Part shown: positions 25,101 through 40,634 of the stretch, one piece after another
Layout: every line of letters begins with the position of its first letter
Position numbering within the stretch: position 1 is the first letter of the stretch
Assembly (NCBI GenBank): GCA_001643675.2
Contig: LSRY02000019.1
Span: forward strand, 744,001-808,000
DNA from: Monocercomonoides exilis PA203
Lineage: Eukaryota > Protista > Preaxostyla
DNA length: 64,000 nt
Direction of reading: 5' to 3'
Notes under the pieces: model-generated
Told to the model about the DNA's origin: nothing
The model's database searches: none
The model's input: only the letters and a program-made list of their open reading frames with translations
Made by a program: the position numbers and the translations under genes

Positions 25101-28100
25101 CTTCATATTTTCTATTGAAACGTCTTTCAACTGCAACAAATCTGCATCATATACAATGTTGAACAAAGCTGCAGTGATCAAAGTTTTATCGCCTTTGATG
25201 CTCAGATTATCGAAAGTCACATCTCCTCCTTCAATGTTAAAAAGCATATAGTCAATGGACTGTTCTTCTGTTATTGAAGAAAAGGAAATAATCATTTTTA
25301 TCCACAACGAAGCACCTCTGATAACAGTAATAGCATTCTTTGTGTTGTTTGTCATTGGATGCAACACAAGATTAACTCTTTCGAATTTTACACTTCCGTT
25401 TAACAAGATTACTTCTCTCCAGCTGCTGCTGTATTTAACGTTCACTTCCACTTTTCCTGCAATCCCTAGTTCGTTCGACGAGCAGATTTCTGCCTTCTCC
25501 AAAATAGTAGGCAGCGTCAGATATGCAAGATCAACAACAATCAACCTGCGAGGCTCGTCAAGATGAGCCCATCCATATGATAAAGAACGACACGGGAGAT
25601 TGAAAGTTCCACAGCGTGTAAAATCTACTCCACGAGACGACGAAACAAATATCGTTGAGTTGCTATAAACAGAAAGAAATTCCTTTATACTGATGCCTTT
25701 TTTATAATTCCCTATATCAAAGCCTCCAATTTGAGTTCCATCAACAGATTCGTCAACAAAGCTGAATATCCTTTGGATATTAATATCTGGTAAGAAGTAT
25801 GTAAAAATCCTCATATCTCGATATTTTTCGGCAGAATTATTGAAAAATGATAATTGGTCCAAAATTAATGATGCATCTTTCAAAATGCTAAATGACAATG
25901 CACCTCCGCTTTTAACAGCAGAACATGATTTAAACGAACTATTTGTAATTGCAAAGTATGCTCCATCATGCATTGAACATTCAGCAAAGCCACCAAACGG
26001 CGAAACAGTTGTTATCAAATTTGTAGTGATATTTCTAACAGCAACATAATTTGATTGATAAAATACTCCATTAAATAAAACAGAATATTCATGATGGGTG
26101 CTGATATTTTGAAAAACGCAATCGAGAATAGTTAGTTGTGTTGATACCAAAACACTAAGAATGGAACGAATTGTACCAGCTGGTATGCAACAAAAAAGAC
26201 TTCCAATAATTGTGAGAGACGCATCATTAGCCAAATGGAAAAAATAAAACCATTTAAATGTCGCTGGTGAAAATAACATTTCACGAGCAGCTGAATATCC
26301 TCCGATATTGTGAGATGGCTTGCTTTCACTGTCATACTTAAAGACAATGTGATCAAGAGAAATTGTTGAAGGGTTTTCATAATTTGCTGTGTGAAAAATA
26401 GAATTATATGGATACATCTCCATTTTCGGGCACAAAATAGTCAGATTCATCACTTTGAACGTGGTGTTTGAAAGAAGAAAAACTGTACCAAAAAATGCAG
26501 TAAAATTATAGGTTCCAATGGAAATTACTCCACCGTTGTTTCCATCAATCTCTAAATCTATTCCATCAATTATGCAACTTGCATCTTCAAACGTTTTCGC
26601 ATCCGAATCAATTGAGAATTTAACATCTTCGCTCTTTGCAATACGAGTTAAAGCTTGAAAAATATTCCGACATGTCAGTTTCGTTGAAGAGCCACACGCA
26701 GCATTGTACTTTGCAGTGGAATCTAATTCAATAACGCGCTGAGCTATTTCAAGTGACTTTGACAGAAAAAATATTTCATCAGGTTTGCTCCGTTTCATCT
26801 GAACGACAGCTCCTTCTTTCAGCTTGGACGTTTTGCACAGAGAAAAGAGCTTGAGTCCATCATCATAATCCGCTTCACTCACAACAAAAGCATCATGCCC
26901 ATATTTATCTGCAGTATTTACTGCGAAATAGCTCATATATATGCAATAAAAATCTTGGTTACATAATCGTCTATCACAGCTCAAAAATATTGCATCTGCA
27001 ACAACTACGTAAATTGCTCCTCCATAATTAGCCTTGCAGCTGGAAAAATCACACTCAGAAACAAGGGCCTGATCTTCAACATCCTTCAGATAAAGTCCTC
27101 CCCCACTTCTTTTTGATGCACATCCCGTAAACACACTTTGCACGCAAACTGGCTCTACTTCTTCGAAGAATTCTTCTGGATCGGAATTCCACTCTGTTTG
27201 CATTTTCATATCATTTCCTTCATGTGGAAAGTTGTTTCTTTCACGAATTTGTGAGTAATTATTTTGATGCCATATTGTGTGATTTCCGCAAAAGTTAGTT
27301 TTTCTTTCAGGTATCTGTGATAATTTGCGCTCGAATACGACACATGCATCAGCATTCGAACTGCAATCGAAAAACAGGCATTTCCTGATTGCTGGAGAAC
27401 GAATGCTGATCACATGAACAGCTCCAGCAGCTGTCTCAACATTTTTATTTTCATTTTCACAGATAATATCTTGGAAAGAAGAGTTTTCAAGTGTCACAGC
27501 CACATTTCCTTTCACAAAGATAGCTCCTCCAGACCCAATTTTGTTCTTGCAACTTTCAAAGCTGCTCCTCTTCACAGTTAGTGTAACAAGCGCTTCATCT
27601 TGTGTGTTAACAAAGATGCATTGGCCAGATTCAAAACCTAAAATTCTCTTCCAAATACATAAATCAAAGGTAAATTCTTTATCAACCGAAGGATCCAGTA
27701 CGACTCTTTTGAGAGTTTCGTTTGTGTAGTGCTTATTTTCCCATCGAGAGCAAGAGATGTGTGTTGTGTTAAAATTATCCAACGAGCGCGCATCAGCAGA
27801 GATCGAAGGAATTAGCACGCCATCATACACGCCGTACACATGATTGAAAGCAGAATTTGAAATTGTTATAGAGCAAGAGTTTGGATTTTGTTCTTGCATG
27901 CTCGCATTTTGCTTTGCACTGATATTGAAAAAAGTAGAATCAAGAAGCTCCAATGTTGATTCAATTACAGATGAAGCAAAAAATGTGGTCGATATTAAAA
28001 CAGATGAAAATGATGAAGATGACACAGTAACTGAAACAGAAGGATTCCAAATAGGAGAATCACTTTTCATGAACACAAACGAATTCATTTCCATCGAATC

Positions 28101-28650
28101 TATCCGCGATAAAACTGAAATGTTCTTGAGCTGTAAAACGCTTCCTGTTTTGGCAAATGAGCAGCCTAATTGTTGTTCTCTCGAAAAAACAATGCAACTA
28201 ACAACAGAAACATTCGAAAAGCCATCTTGCAAAATCGTGGAATCCCCGTAGCTGGAAATAATACATTCTCTTTCGGTCAAAATCGTTGAGTTTGAAATTC
28301 TCATTTTCGTAAGCAAACAGCTCATTTCATTCATGACTTGTTTATTCCAAATTTTTGAAAGTTTTCCTTTCGCAGATGGGTCATTGCAACTATTTTCCAT
28401 GTAAAATGCTCGACGTTTTCTGTTTCTATCGGAAATTAGCACTGCAGTTTGGCCCGAAGCATCAGTGAAGCAATTTGGATCATTTTCAATTACGAAAGAT
28501 TTATAATCTGATTTACACGAAGACCCTCCTTGAAAAAAAATACTTTCAATTACATAATTAATAAGCAAACATAAAATAAACATTTAACATGTATCAAATA
28601 AATTAACCAAGTAACAAAATCTGCAAAAAATATTTTTTAATTTTGGGCAT
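22182..28650 (-). CDS. Large type I membrane surface protein with pectin-lyase-like/polymorphic-membrane-protein-like beta-helix repeats
   Basis: Repeated GGA(I/L) and FxxN motifs, three CGxxxxxC modules, and a C-terminal TM helix (IIIIAVSAVVVGVGFAVALLFV) followed by RRRWRKK. A probable short first exon 28650-28608 (MPKIKKYFLQILLLG, signal-like) splices via a GT..AG intron at 28607-28529. Confidence 0.8.
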
Positions 28651-28981
28651 TGTTTAAAATCTTTTTTGTTTGAAATATGATTTTCTTTTTTTTTAATGAA
28701 ACAAACTGAAAGAAGCATTTATTATTGTGAAAAAACACATTTCCTTATCTATTTGTTTTATTCAAACAGTCTGAAAGAAATTTATCACATTTTTAATGAA
28801 AATTTTTTGATAAATCAATTTCAATCTTCAATGTTTTATCTCCACTTTTGAAGAAGTGCAAAAAATAAACCATGTTTTCTTATAAAAAACATTAGCGTTG
28901 ATTTTTGCAACTTCTTTTTGTTATGCTTGCACCCCACAAAAATAAAAAGTGAATTGTTTGTTAAAAAAGAAAATAAATTTT

Positions 28982-29545
28982 TTATGCGATTCTTGTACGG
29001 AAGAATTGATTAGCAACATAAAAGTTGGTTCCATTTGGAACTAAATGGAAGTATTCCGCGAACAGTGTTGATGCTGTAGTACCAGCAACCTAAATTATCA
29101 TTAAAAAGTGAAAAAATAATCTTTTCAGCATAAATTAACAACAAGCCTGAACTTCCCCAATGACCATCGCATGGAAACAATTTGGACCAGGACTTGGCTG
29201 AATTGAAAAATGCTTTGGGGTGTGTTTCATTTGTGGAAGTCCTTTCAATTGAGTAAGAATTGCAGCTCCAACAAACTCTTTTCCTTCCATTGTCATAATT
29301 GAAGTCGGTTGCTAAACGCAATCAAAAACGCAATCACATAAATTTATAATCAAATGTATATTTATTTAAAAACGTAAACATAATCAAGCGAATCACAATT
29401 GAATAAAAAACTAAAAATATATTGTTCAGACATATAATGTGTTAAGACCCTCACGATTCGTATCGAGAAGAGTGTAGTATCTTTGTAATGTTTCGGTTGC
29501 AAGTTGTTGTACAGATGAAGATGCTGCTTGAGGAGTTGCTGCCAT
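28982..29545 (-). CDS. NTF2: Nuclear transport factor 2 (NTF2)-family protein, 3 exons, 128 aa
   Basis: Exons 29545-29432, 29311-29147 and 29089-28982 give MAATPQ...LQRYYTLLDTNREGLNTLY/QPTSIMTMEGKEFVGAAILTQLKGLP...IQPSP...MVIGEVQ/VAG...FAEYFHLVPNGTNFYVANQFFR, which fits the NTF2 pattern. The ORF track shows only a different frame over this region. Confidence 0.88.
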
Positions 29546-29717
29546 TGACAAAAATGTTTATGCTGATCAAACCTTATTTTAGTACTTGAGGATTGCTTGC
29601 ATAAAAATAAAGTTATAATTAATCAATATTTATTAAAATTTTACAATAGTAAATTGCATTTTAACGAAATGAAATGCATTTACATTTTTTTTTGAAATGT
29701 AAAATATGAAATAAGCA

Positions 29718-30680
29718 TTAGAAATGCTCAGCTGCTCTATGCTGAACAGTTCTAAGATGTCCATAAACTTTTCCAGGCGGAGAACCTTTTGAAATTAGAG
29801 TTACAATGATAAATTGAAAAAAAAAATTGAAAAATCAATAATATTAATTTAATTATTTTAAAAAAATACGAATAGAGGCACAAACCAAGAATCAGGGAAC
29901 ATACAGCGTCTTTTGCAAGAGCAATATTTGCATATGAGCCAAGTATATGAACTTTGCTGTCATATTCAATATAAATAAAAGCACTTTAAAAATTGAACAA
30001 ATACAAACTTGTCAGCAAGAACAATTCTAGTCTTTGTAGAATTCTCGATTGCAAATTTCATAGAACCATCTTTTCCAGCAATTCTCCCAATACCTCGTGA
30101 TAGATGATCACCTTGAAGGGATTTTACTGTTTGATTGTTTATAGTTAAAAAGAGCTAAATAAACAATTTTCAAAAAATAAATATGTATAAACCATCTTGT
30201 ATTTCAAAGGTGTCAAGGAAAAGATCATCAAGCTGTATGAGGGCAACAGCATCCTGAATAAACAATTAGATAAAAAGACATATGAAAAATAAAGAAATAC
30301 TCAAACTCTCTGTTCAAATCCAAGCATGAACGCTGTCAAATAATCTACAGCCTAATGAGTTGAATTTTACAAATATTAAAAAAATTTATGAAAACAACAA
30401 ATCAAACCTTTTGAAGAGCAGATGTTTCTGCTGAAGGTCCAGGTCGGAGATGTATGATATTTCGTACATCATCGAATTTGAATTGAAGTTTAAGGTGCTC
30501 CACAATAGGCTTTACAATCGCGACGAAGTTTTCTTGAAATGGAGTAAGTCTGTTCCTTGGAACATAGATTGTTCTTTCTTGAACAAATCCTGTAGCTTGC
30601 GGTGCAGAAAGCGCATCAAATTGTGGTATTGGTGTAGGAACGACGGAACTTGTTGATGGTTCCTCTATGTCCATGGACAT
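29718..30680 (-). CDS. PNO1: Pre-rRNA processing KH-domain protein PNO1/Dim2, 6 exons
   Basis: Exons 30680-30408, 30351-30307, 30253-30193, 30126-30009, 29956-29886 and 29785-29718. Motifs VPRNRLTP, LQGDHLSRGIGRIAGKDG, IENSTKTRIVLAD, HILGSYANI and LILGSPPGKVYG. Confidence 0.95.
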
Positions 30681-30785
30681 GCTTAAAACAATAAAACAAT
30701 AATAAGATTTATTTTACTATGGGCGAATGAAACTGTTTAATGAAGGGAGAGATCTGTTCATTTTCTGATTTATTTGTTCAGAGTA
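30681..30785. promoter_or_regulatory. Putative bidirectional promoter between PNO1 and PGM (105 bp)
   Basis: Divergent ATGs at 30680 (-) and 30786 (+). Confidence 0.55.
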
Positions 30786-33105
<2,320 letters not shown>

Positions 33106-33767
33106 TTTGATATAATCCAAAGCAACTTATGTTTAGGCAGCTTTTCTAAATGCGTTCAGATTGGTGCTTGCAATATATTAGAAAAATAGAAAAGAGTCCA
33201 AACAATAACCATGTTTTTATAAGTATTTCTTTTTATGAATAACATTTTTGATAATATTGTTTTTTGTTTTTGAAAAATTATGTTTTTCCCATTCTTGTTC
33301 ATTGACTTGAGCCCTTCTTTTATTGAAAACATTCATCACCGTTGATGCCAATTCGATGTAAATAGTTATTTTTTAATCGAACATTTGGCGTATTTCATTA
33401 TTCATATGGTTCTATAGCAAAGATTGTTCTTTATTTTTAAAAAATCTAAACATTTTGAAGGTGATATGAAAAATAAAAAATTGAGCAAACAAACAATAAT
33501 CTCCAAAAACAATAAGGCAACATAAATGGATTCATTGGAAACAATATATTAAGCGAACTAAATGAAATGAAATAATTGTGAAACAAGATTCGTATCAATT
33601 TGAATGGAGAAAATTTTAGTGATAAATATGGAAAATGAAAAAATAATCAACGACTACTGAAAAAAAATAAACCAGAATCGTAAAAACAAAAAACTTAGAA
33701 AAAAAAAGTTAAAGAGAAGAAGAAGAAAAGATTAATAATTTAACAGCAAGCGATTCTAAAACAGTTC

Positions 33768-36700
33768 TCAAATAGAAAGATTGTACTTTTCTCTGATGAT
33801 TGATGGACCAACAGTCGAAGTGTGCTTATGAGATGAAGTGCACCACCGAGGAAGATACGACAAGATTACTCTGTGAAACTCAGTTCGCCCAGAATACGAC
33901 ACAAACATTTCGATAAATACAGGAAGCTTAGTCAAAGGAACATATTCCTCACGAAGATATGCGGGAGATGCGGAAATATCAAATTCAATGCTGTTGAAAT
34001 GGATAAGAAATAAGCAAGATGAAAATTAAAAAGAATGAGAATAAAGAAAATGGCAACAAAAAAATTGAAATCGAAAGTTAATAATTTTTAAGTTTAATAT
34101 TGTTATTCACATACATTGCATCATCAAGTGATCCAACAAATATTATGTTTTGTGTCATTTTCCCATTTTTGTCCACTTTCGCAGTGAAAGACTGTGTTTT
34201 CGCATTGACAGTCACAGACACAGTCATTCCATCTATGTAATTTGCATATTCCTTTCCGAACTGAAACAGCAATGCAACCTCACTCGGATTCAATGGGCTG
34301 GTCGCTGTGAATGCAGTGCTGGTTGAGAAGACAAACTGGGCGCCTTTCAGATGCTGCGAGGTGCTGTTGATGGGAATTGCGTGTGATTCGGTGATGGCAG
34401 GGACGGACACGCTCATTCCTTTGAAGGCATCGTCCTGATGATCAACCGAAAGAGACACCAGCGGAGTAAATCCTGAATTGCGGATGATATTATAAATAAA
34501 TAAATAAATAAATAAAAATATTAATCAAAGATAAAAAAAAGATTAGTACAATTGAGCAGAATAATTGAAAAGTTAAATCAAAAATTGTATGAGAGAAAAA
34601 AAATATGCAAATAGACAATAATTTCACTCAACAAATATAGGTCAATTGGAAGCATACCATCACCAACAGTAAGAGTCTTGTCAGTTGTCAATGTTCTGTC
34701 GAATCCCAACTTCCTCATCTCTTCCTCCAGCTGTTTTCTGTGCCTGTCATTGCCTCCAGCTGTTGAAAACCCGCCGTCAGCAAAAGTGACTGGGAACGGA
34801 GAAAGAAGAACACGCTTAGCAGATGAGTTGCTGTTCAATGCTCCGATGATGTCATTAGGCGATGGAGTGGAGTTTGGAATGGCTGAAAAGTCAGCCTGCA
34901 CAACCTCCTGTGTGATGACAGGGAGTGGAGAAGTGGGTGTGAAAGGAGGGAGGAAGAACGAGATGATCAGCAGCAGAACTGCCAGGCACAGCACACAAAG
35001 TGCTGCAATGGCATGTAGCCGCACAGCTCTTGCATGGGAGAGAAGATACAGGAACCCAATGGACATTGCCAATGATATCTGAATTGTTAAAATAAAAGAG
35101 GAAAAAAGAATTAAAGAATCAAAGAAAGAAATAATAAATGGATGAAAGTTAATTTTGCAATCAAATAACACGAGTTTAATTTATTTAAAAAGAAGTCAGA
35201 ATAAAAGAACATACAATCATTCCAATCCACACATCGCCCATTGGCCACACAACAGATAGAGGGAAAAATGACTGCCAGAAGTGATAAACAGGCGAAAACA
35301 AGAACCACGACGACACAAGAATTCCGATGCACAGCAGAGTAAATCTGGCAAAGTTGAATACGACGTCTGTGATCTCCAGTTTTGTCTGCTTGGCGTTCTT
35401 TTCTTCAGCAAGCAGCCTCGAAAACTCGCTTGCGACTTGCTCTTCAGAGCGGGGGCCAGGTGCGATTGGTGTAAGGTTGGCGAGTGGATGAGTGGTTGGC
35501 TGGTATGAGGGATAGGATGAAGGAGGCACTGGAACATCAACAGCTGCCTGGCTGTAATAGTCTGTGGCTGGCTGAGGCATCTCCTGGGGAAGATAGCTGG
35601 ATTCAGGTGAATATGAAGAGGAAGAAGAAGAGGATGCTGATGGAACAGAAGTCTCCACCGCATTCGGACTTGTTGGTGATGTTGTTGTGAACAGAAGTGA
35701 TGAAGCAGTCGCTGCGTGGTGCACACCCGACACGAATGGATCCCACGAAAGAGGTGGAACAGGAGCTGAGACATTTGATGATGATGACGAAGACTTCATC
35801 TTTTCTGGTGCGATGGCAGAACGAGTAGGAGAGACAGGCTCGCAATATTGTGGCTTTTGTGTGTGTCTGCTGTGATGATGGCTGCCATATCTCTCTTCAG
35901 CACGTACTCCAAATTGAGGTTCATGAGAACGGTGATGATGATGACGATGATGGCGATGGTGATGATTTCCACTCGGATTAGGATAATTATCAGTGTAGTT
36001 GTAATAGTTCGTGCCTGGCTGTGCAGATGATGGAATAATCGACTGAGTTGCGTGGTGCGATGGACGAGGTGTTGTCATGCTGCTGTTGTGTGGTTTGTGT
36101 GAATAGTCGTCGTCTTGAATGAATGTCTGCCTCTTCTTGTAGATCTTTCCTCGCCTTCTGAACAAAGGATTGCCTTGTTTGCCCTCATCTTCGGGCTCCT
36201 CTTCTCTCATCTGCCTTCCCTTCTGCATCACCATCTTCTCCAGCATCGCTGGCGTGTTCTGCCCTCCTTTCTCCATCTGCTTCAGCGCCTTCTTCTTCAG
36301 TGGCACTTCTGTCCACGGCGCAATAGTTCCATCGCCTCTCTCTCCTCCACTGCCTTCCATTCCGAGCATCTTCCCACCCCCTATCCACTCCGTTCGCATT
36401 GCCCTTCTCTCCAGCTCCATTTCCAGCTCCTGAATCTCCCTCTCCTTTTTCTTGTCCTTCGCTGATGATTTCTTCTTCTCCAGATGCACTTTTGGCCCAC
36501 GTGAGTGTGTCACATATGCCAATACCTGTCCTGGTGGAAGAGGCGGAAGCAGATCTTCAACAGAAGACGAGATGCCACTTGGTGGAACGGCAGGCGATGC
36601 TTCCACGTCTGTCAGCTTGCGCTGCTTTGTTGGAGTGGAATAAGAAGAAGACGAAAGAGGAGGCACAGGTGGCATGTGGTATGCGACAGAAGAGCATCTG

Positions 36701-39700
36701 GAGTGGATGTGGGAGGAAGGATAGCCCTCTCTGTCGGGTGAGCGTGAACGAGGAACAGCAGTCATCGGCTCCAGTGACGATGGCTGGAACTGGGCAGTGA
36801 CAGAACTGTACTGCGAGGTGTGGAGGTTCTGGTGATGGTGATGATGGTGGTGATGATGGGGATTGTGGTGGTGATTGTGATTGTGTTGATTACGATGACT
36901 CTGTTGTTGTTGCTGTTGTGGTTGTTGTGGTTGCTGATTATGTTTGGAGGAATGCTGCTGCTGATGATGTGCATGTGTTGAATGAGGGCGTGAGTGAGTG
37001 TGTGAAGACGAGTGACGATGTTCTTTGTCCTTTTTGTGCGTCTTGTGCTGTTCACTGTCACTCGAGTCTGACCCCCAAAATGGCTCTGATTTCAACTTCG
37101 ATCCAGCAGCTGCGCCTGTCCCTTCATTCGCTTTCTCTGCTTTTGTCTTCTTTGCCTCTTCATTTTGAGTCAATGAGGCATCCACGCTTCCTTCTTTCAG
37201 GGGCTCTTCTTCATTCGCCTTTGCAAGAGGATTCTCAGTCAAGTGCCCAATCTTCTCTTTCGTGTCTTCAACTTCTGCATTTGCACTTGAAGATTCCGCA
37301 TAAGTTGATATTTTCTCTTTCTCAGCTGCTGCTTCTTCTTTTGAATGCTTCTTTTTGTCTTCTGCTGTGATTTTTGGTGTGCTAAGGACAGAATCTTCAG
37401 CTGAAACTGCTTTCTTTCCTGTTCCATCTTCAATTGGATCCTTCTTTTGATTCCTCTTCCTTCGTCTTCTTTCTGATCCAGAAGAAGAAGATGATGAAGA
37501 CGAAAATGAAGAAGAAGATGATGGTGAAGAAGAATAAGAAGAAGAAAGAGAAGAATCACTTGAGAACGAAGATGATCTGCTGTAAGATGACCAGCTGGAA
37601 GACGGTGAAGATGAATGTGATGTCGAATAAGAGGAATACGAAGAAGAAGAAGGAGAATAACTGGAACGCGACGAATAAGAACTCGACTGGGATTCAGAAG
37701 AATACACACTCGATGCTCTTCTTCTGTGTCTTCCTCTTTTCATTTCCTCTTTCCTTCTGCTGTTTCTCTTCTCTTTCCTTTTCCTCACATCGCTGTTGTT
37801 GCTTGAGCTATCACTTTCTGCCTGCCGCTCAGCTGCCTCATCGGCTGCATCAATTTGCTCCATCGTCAGCAGAATTGGCTCTCTCTTTTGCTTTTCTGCG
37901 CTTTTTGTTGCTTCCCTTTGAACTCTTCCACTGCCCATGCTGTCTCTACTCCCCTTCTTCTCTTTCCCTTCTCTTTCTTCTCCTTTCTCCCCTCTTTCCA
38001 CTTTCTCTCTGCTTCCCTTTCTTCTCTCCCCTCCTTTTTCCTCATCGATTGGCCTTGTCTTCACAGACTCCTTCACTTTCTGCTCATTTGCACCCATTTC
38101 GCCAAACCCATCCTTCGTCAGCACATTCCACTGTGGTGTCTCAAACTCCACCATTTCTTGTACTTTCCCCATTTCCCCCACGATGTTCCATCCTCTTTCC
38201 ACAATCACCACATCTCTTCTTTGATGTGAAGGCTGCGGGCGAGCAGAGTATTCGAACAGGAACAGTTGCTCATCAAAGTGCCTTATGAGGCATTGCTTTG
38301 CCAGAGATAGCACATCGTACAGGAGAATAACCACAACGCCAATCAGAAACTGCACAAGGAACACGAATTGGAGAGGAGAGGAGAAAAGGGCAGTGATCAG
38401 AAAGCCGAGCAGCCAGAGGAGACAGCTTGTCATATGCATCATCAGAGATTGATGGGCATGGGTGAGCTCTTCTGAGTCGAAGAAGCACAGGAAAAACAGG
38501 CGGTGGACAAGAAGTGTGACTGGATTAATGAAAATAGAAGAAGAGGAAATAAAAAGAAACAGAAAATATGATCACATTTTACAGATTATAATAATGAAAA
38601 TTTAAGAATTAAATAATTAAAATGTCATAAAACAAAATTTATGTAACAATCAAAAATTCAAATTAGCTAATGTACATACAGCTGAATGCAAACAAGGAGT
38701 AGATGAGAATAGCCAGCGAAGGAGTCGACGAGATCGAGTTTGGAGAAATGCTGTGAATAAGAAGAGACACAATAGCACCACCAACAATAGCACCGACCAT
38801 TCCGATCAGCTGAAGAACAGCAAACATAAATAAATGTTTGAAGTTACCACGCTCCATAAACAGCACCCGGAAAAACACGTAGATTGCAAAGCACCCGCCA
38901 ACCACACCGCCAATTATCCACCCTGTTTTTGGCTGCATCGCATAGAAAATGCCCAATTCGTCCTGCACAAGATGGAAATCAGACTTCTGCAGTGTTGGCA
39001 GTGCTGAGTCAGCAGACAATGCAGTGTAGGATTTGTGGCTGTTTTGATTCCGCTTTTGAATTGTTTGAAGAGAACTTTCTGTTTGAGACGTGGCATTGGC
39101 TGAAGAATCGTTTCTTTTAAAATAATCAAAAAAGGAAGATTTGATGTTTGAGCTCGATGACTCAGGAGGAAACTCAATCTGGTTGATGGTGTTTTGGATC
39201 AGATCCATCAGCGTGTCTCCCATCATCTGCATTGCTCCCGTCACAAGCGCTGTTTCCGTGTCAACTGTCGTTTCTGTCAGACTTCTCAGTCCTTCCATTG
39301 AGAAATGCAGACCAGGAATTGCACTTGTTCTGATCCCAGCTGTCTCTGCGCTGTCGCTCTGTGTACCATCTGACTGCCATTGCACCCCACCTTCCATCAG
39401 AGTCTCGAAGGAAGACGTCATTTCAGAGTAAGTTCCTGCCCTCAGCTCATTCCAGGCATCCAAAGGAGAATGACTGGCATCACCTTTTCCGGAATATGCC
39501 CTCAGAGTTGATGACATCTGCGAAGCATATGGCTTCTTGGTAGAGCGGGCGTATGCTTCAATCAACCAGGATACGCTGGGCCCTTGTGGAGTAACTTGAA
39601 CAAGCGAATACTTTCCATTCATGCCAAAGGATTCGAGTGAAACAAATGCACATATACTGAATTTTTTATCAAAAAATGGAAAAATATTGAATATAATAAA

Positions 39701-40446
39701 TACAATTTATGTACAAAGAAATTGGAAAAAAATTAATACTCTTCTGCCCATTGATGCTGATGCAGAAATCCATAAATAGAAGGAGATCCAGGAGCAAACG
39801 AATAACCGTCAAAAAAGAAGATAATTGGATATCTTATTTGGAATGAAGGAGAAAAAGTACGAGCAAGAATATCAATGATACCCAACATGATAGCAGAACC
39901 AACTTTTCCACGCGCCACCGCTGGTCCTGAAAGAGAGCTATCAAAAGATGAATAAATTAAAAGACTATTTGTATTATGACTTTTTGATGCAGTATTTGTT
40001 AATTTAACAGCAATATAAGGAGAACTTCCAAATGAAGTGAACACGTTGTTTTTATGTCGAAATCCGCTTGTAGTTCCATTTATTATATCCATTTCTATAT
40101 TGCTGGTTGCAGAAGAATTAATATTTTGAAGAACGTCATATATAAATTTCTGTGTAGATTTCCAACCATCGGTTCCATATGCAGTATATGTATCTTTCAA
40201 TACATCGGACATTGGTTTTAAATATTTTTCACGAACAGTTGCTTCAGAGAAGACCGAAGAAGAATCATAAACAGTTCCAGGAGATTTGGTGCTATTTTGT
40301 ACACTAAACAGCATCACAAAATTCACTATCGCAAACAAAACAAAGCCAAATATTATCCAAAAGCAAAATGTTGACGAAGTGAGAGCATTAAGGCATTTTT
40401 GCTTCTTGGATAGTTTTCTTGGCCTGTTCTCTTGTTCTGCATACAT
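33768..40446 (-). CDS. M28 peptidase-like multi-pass membrane protein (ERMP1/Pff1-like), probably catalytically inactive, with a very large low-complexity insertion; about 6 exons
   Basis: N-terminal TM, then LLIYSSFDS...GPAVARG...IIFFFDG...YGFLHQHQWA/ICAFVSLESFG...SWLIEAY...KPYAS, matching the ERMP1 layout. Multiple TM helices follow and the C-terminus contains LPRW. ORFs 39733-40446, 38663-39622, 35185-38442, 34578-35171, 34078-34458 and a last exon at about 33991-33768 join via GT-AG introns. Confidence 0.78.
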
Positions 40447-40634
40447 TAACTTTAATGAGCGAAGGAAATGACTTCTATAATAAATGAGATACAGAAAATA
40501 TAATAAACAAAACAGATATAAGTATATTTACAACAGAAAAGCAAGGCACACATAATTTGATCGCTAAACCCTTATTGTATTTCAACAAAGTTTTCGTTGG
40601 TTAAAAACAGTGCTTTAAACGGAAACTATTTCAT

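Noticed and set aside
29472-29482. GTGTAGTATCT, matching the U2 snRNA branch-pairing sequence
   Set aside because: It is the antisense of NTF2 codons RYYT and has no other U2 structure around it.
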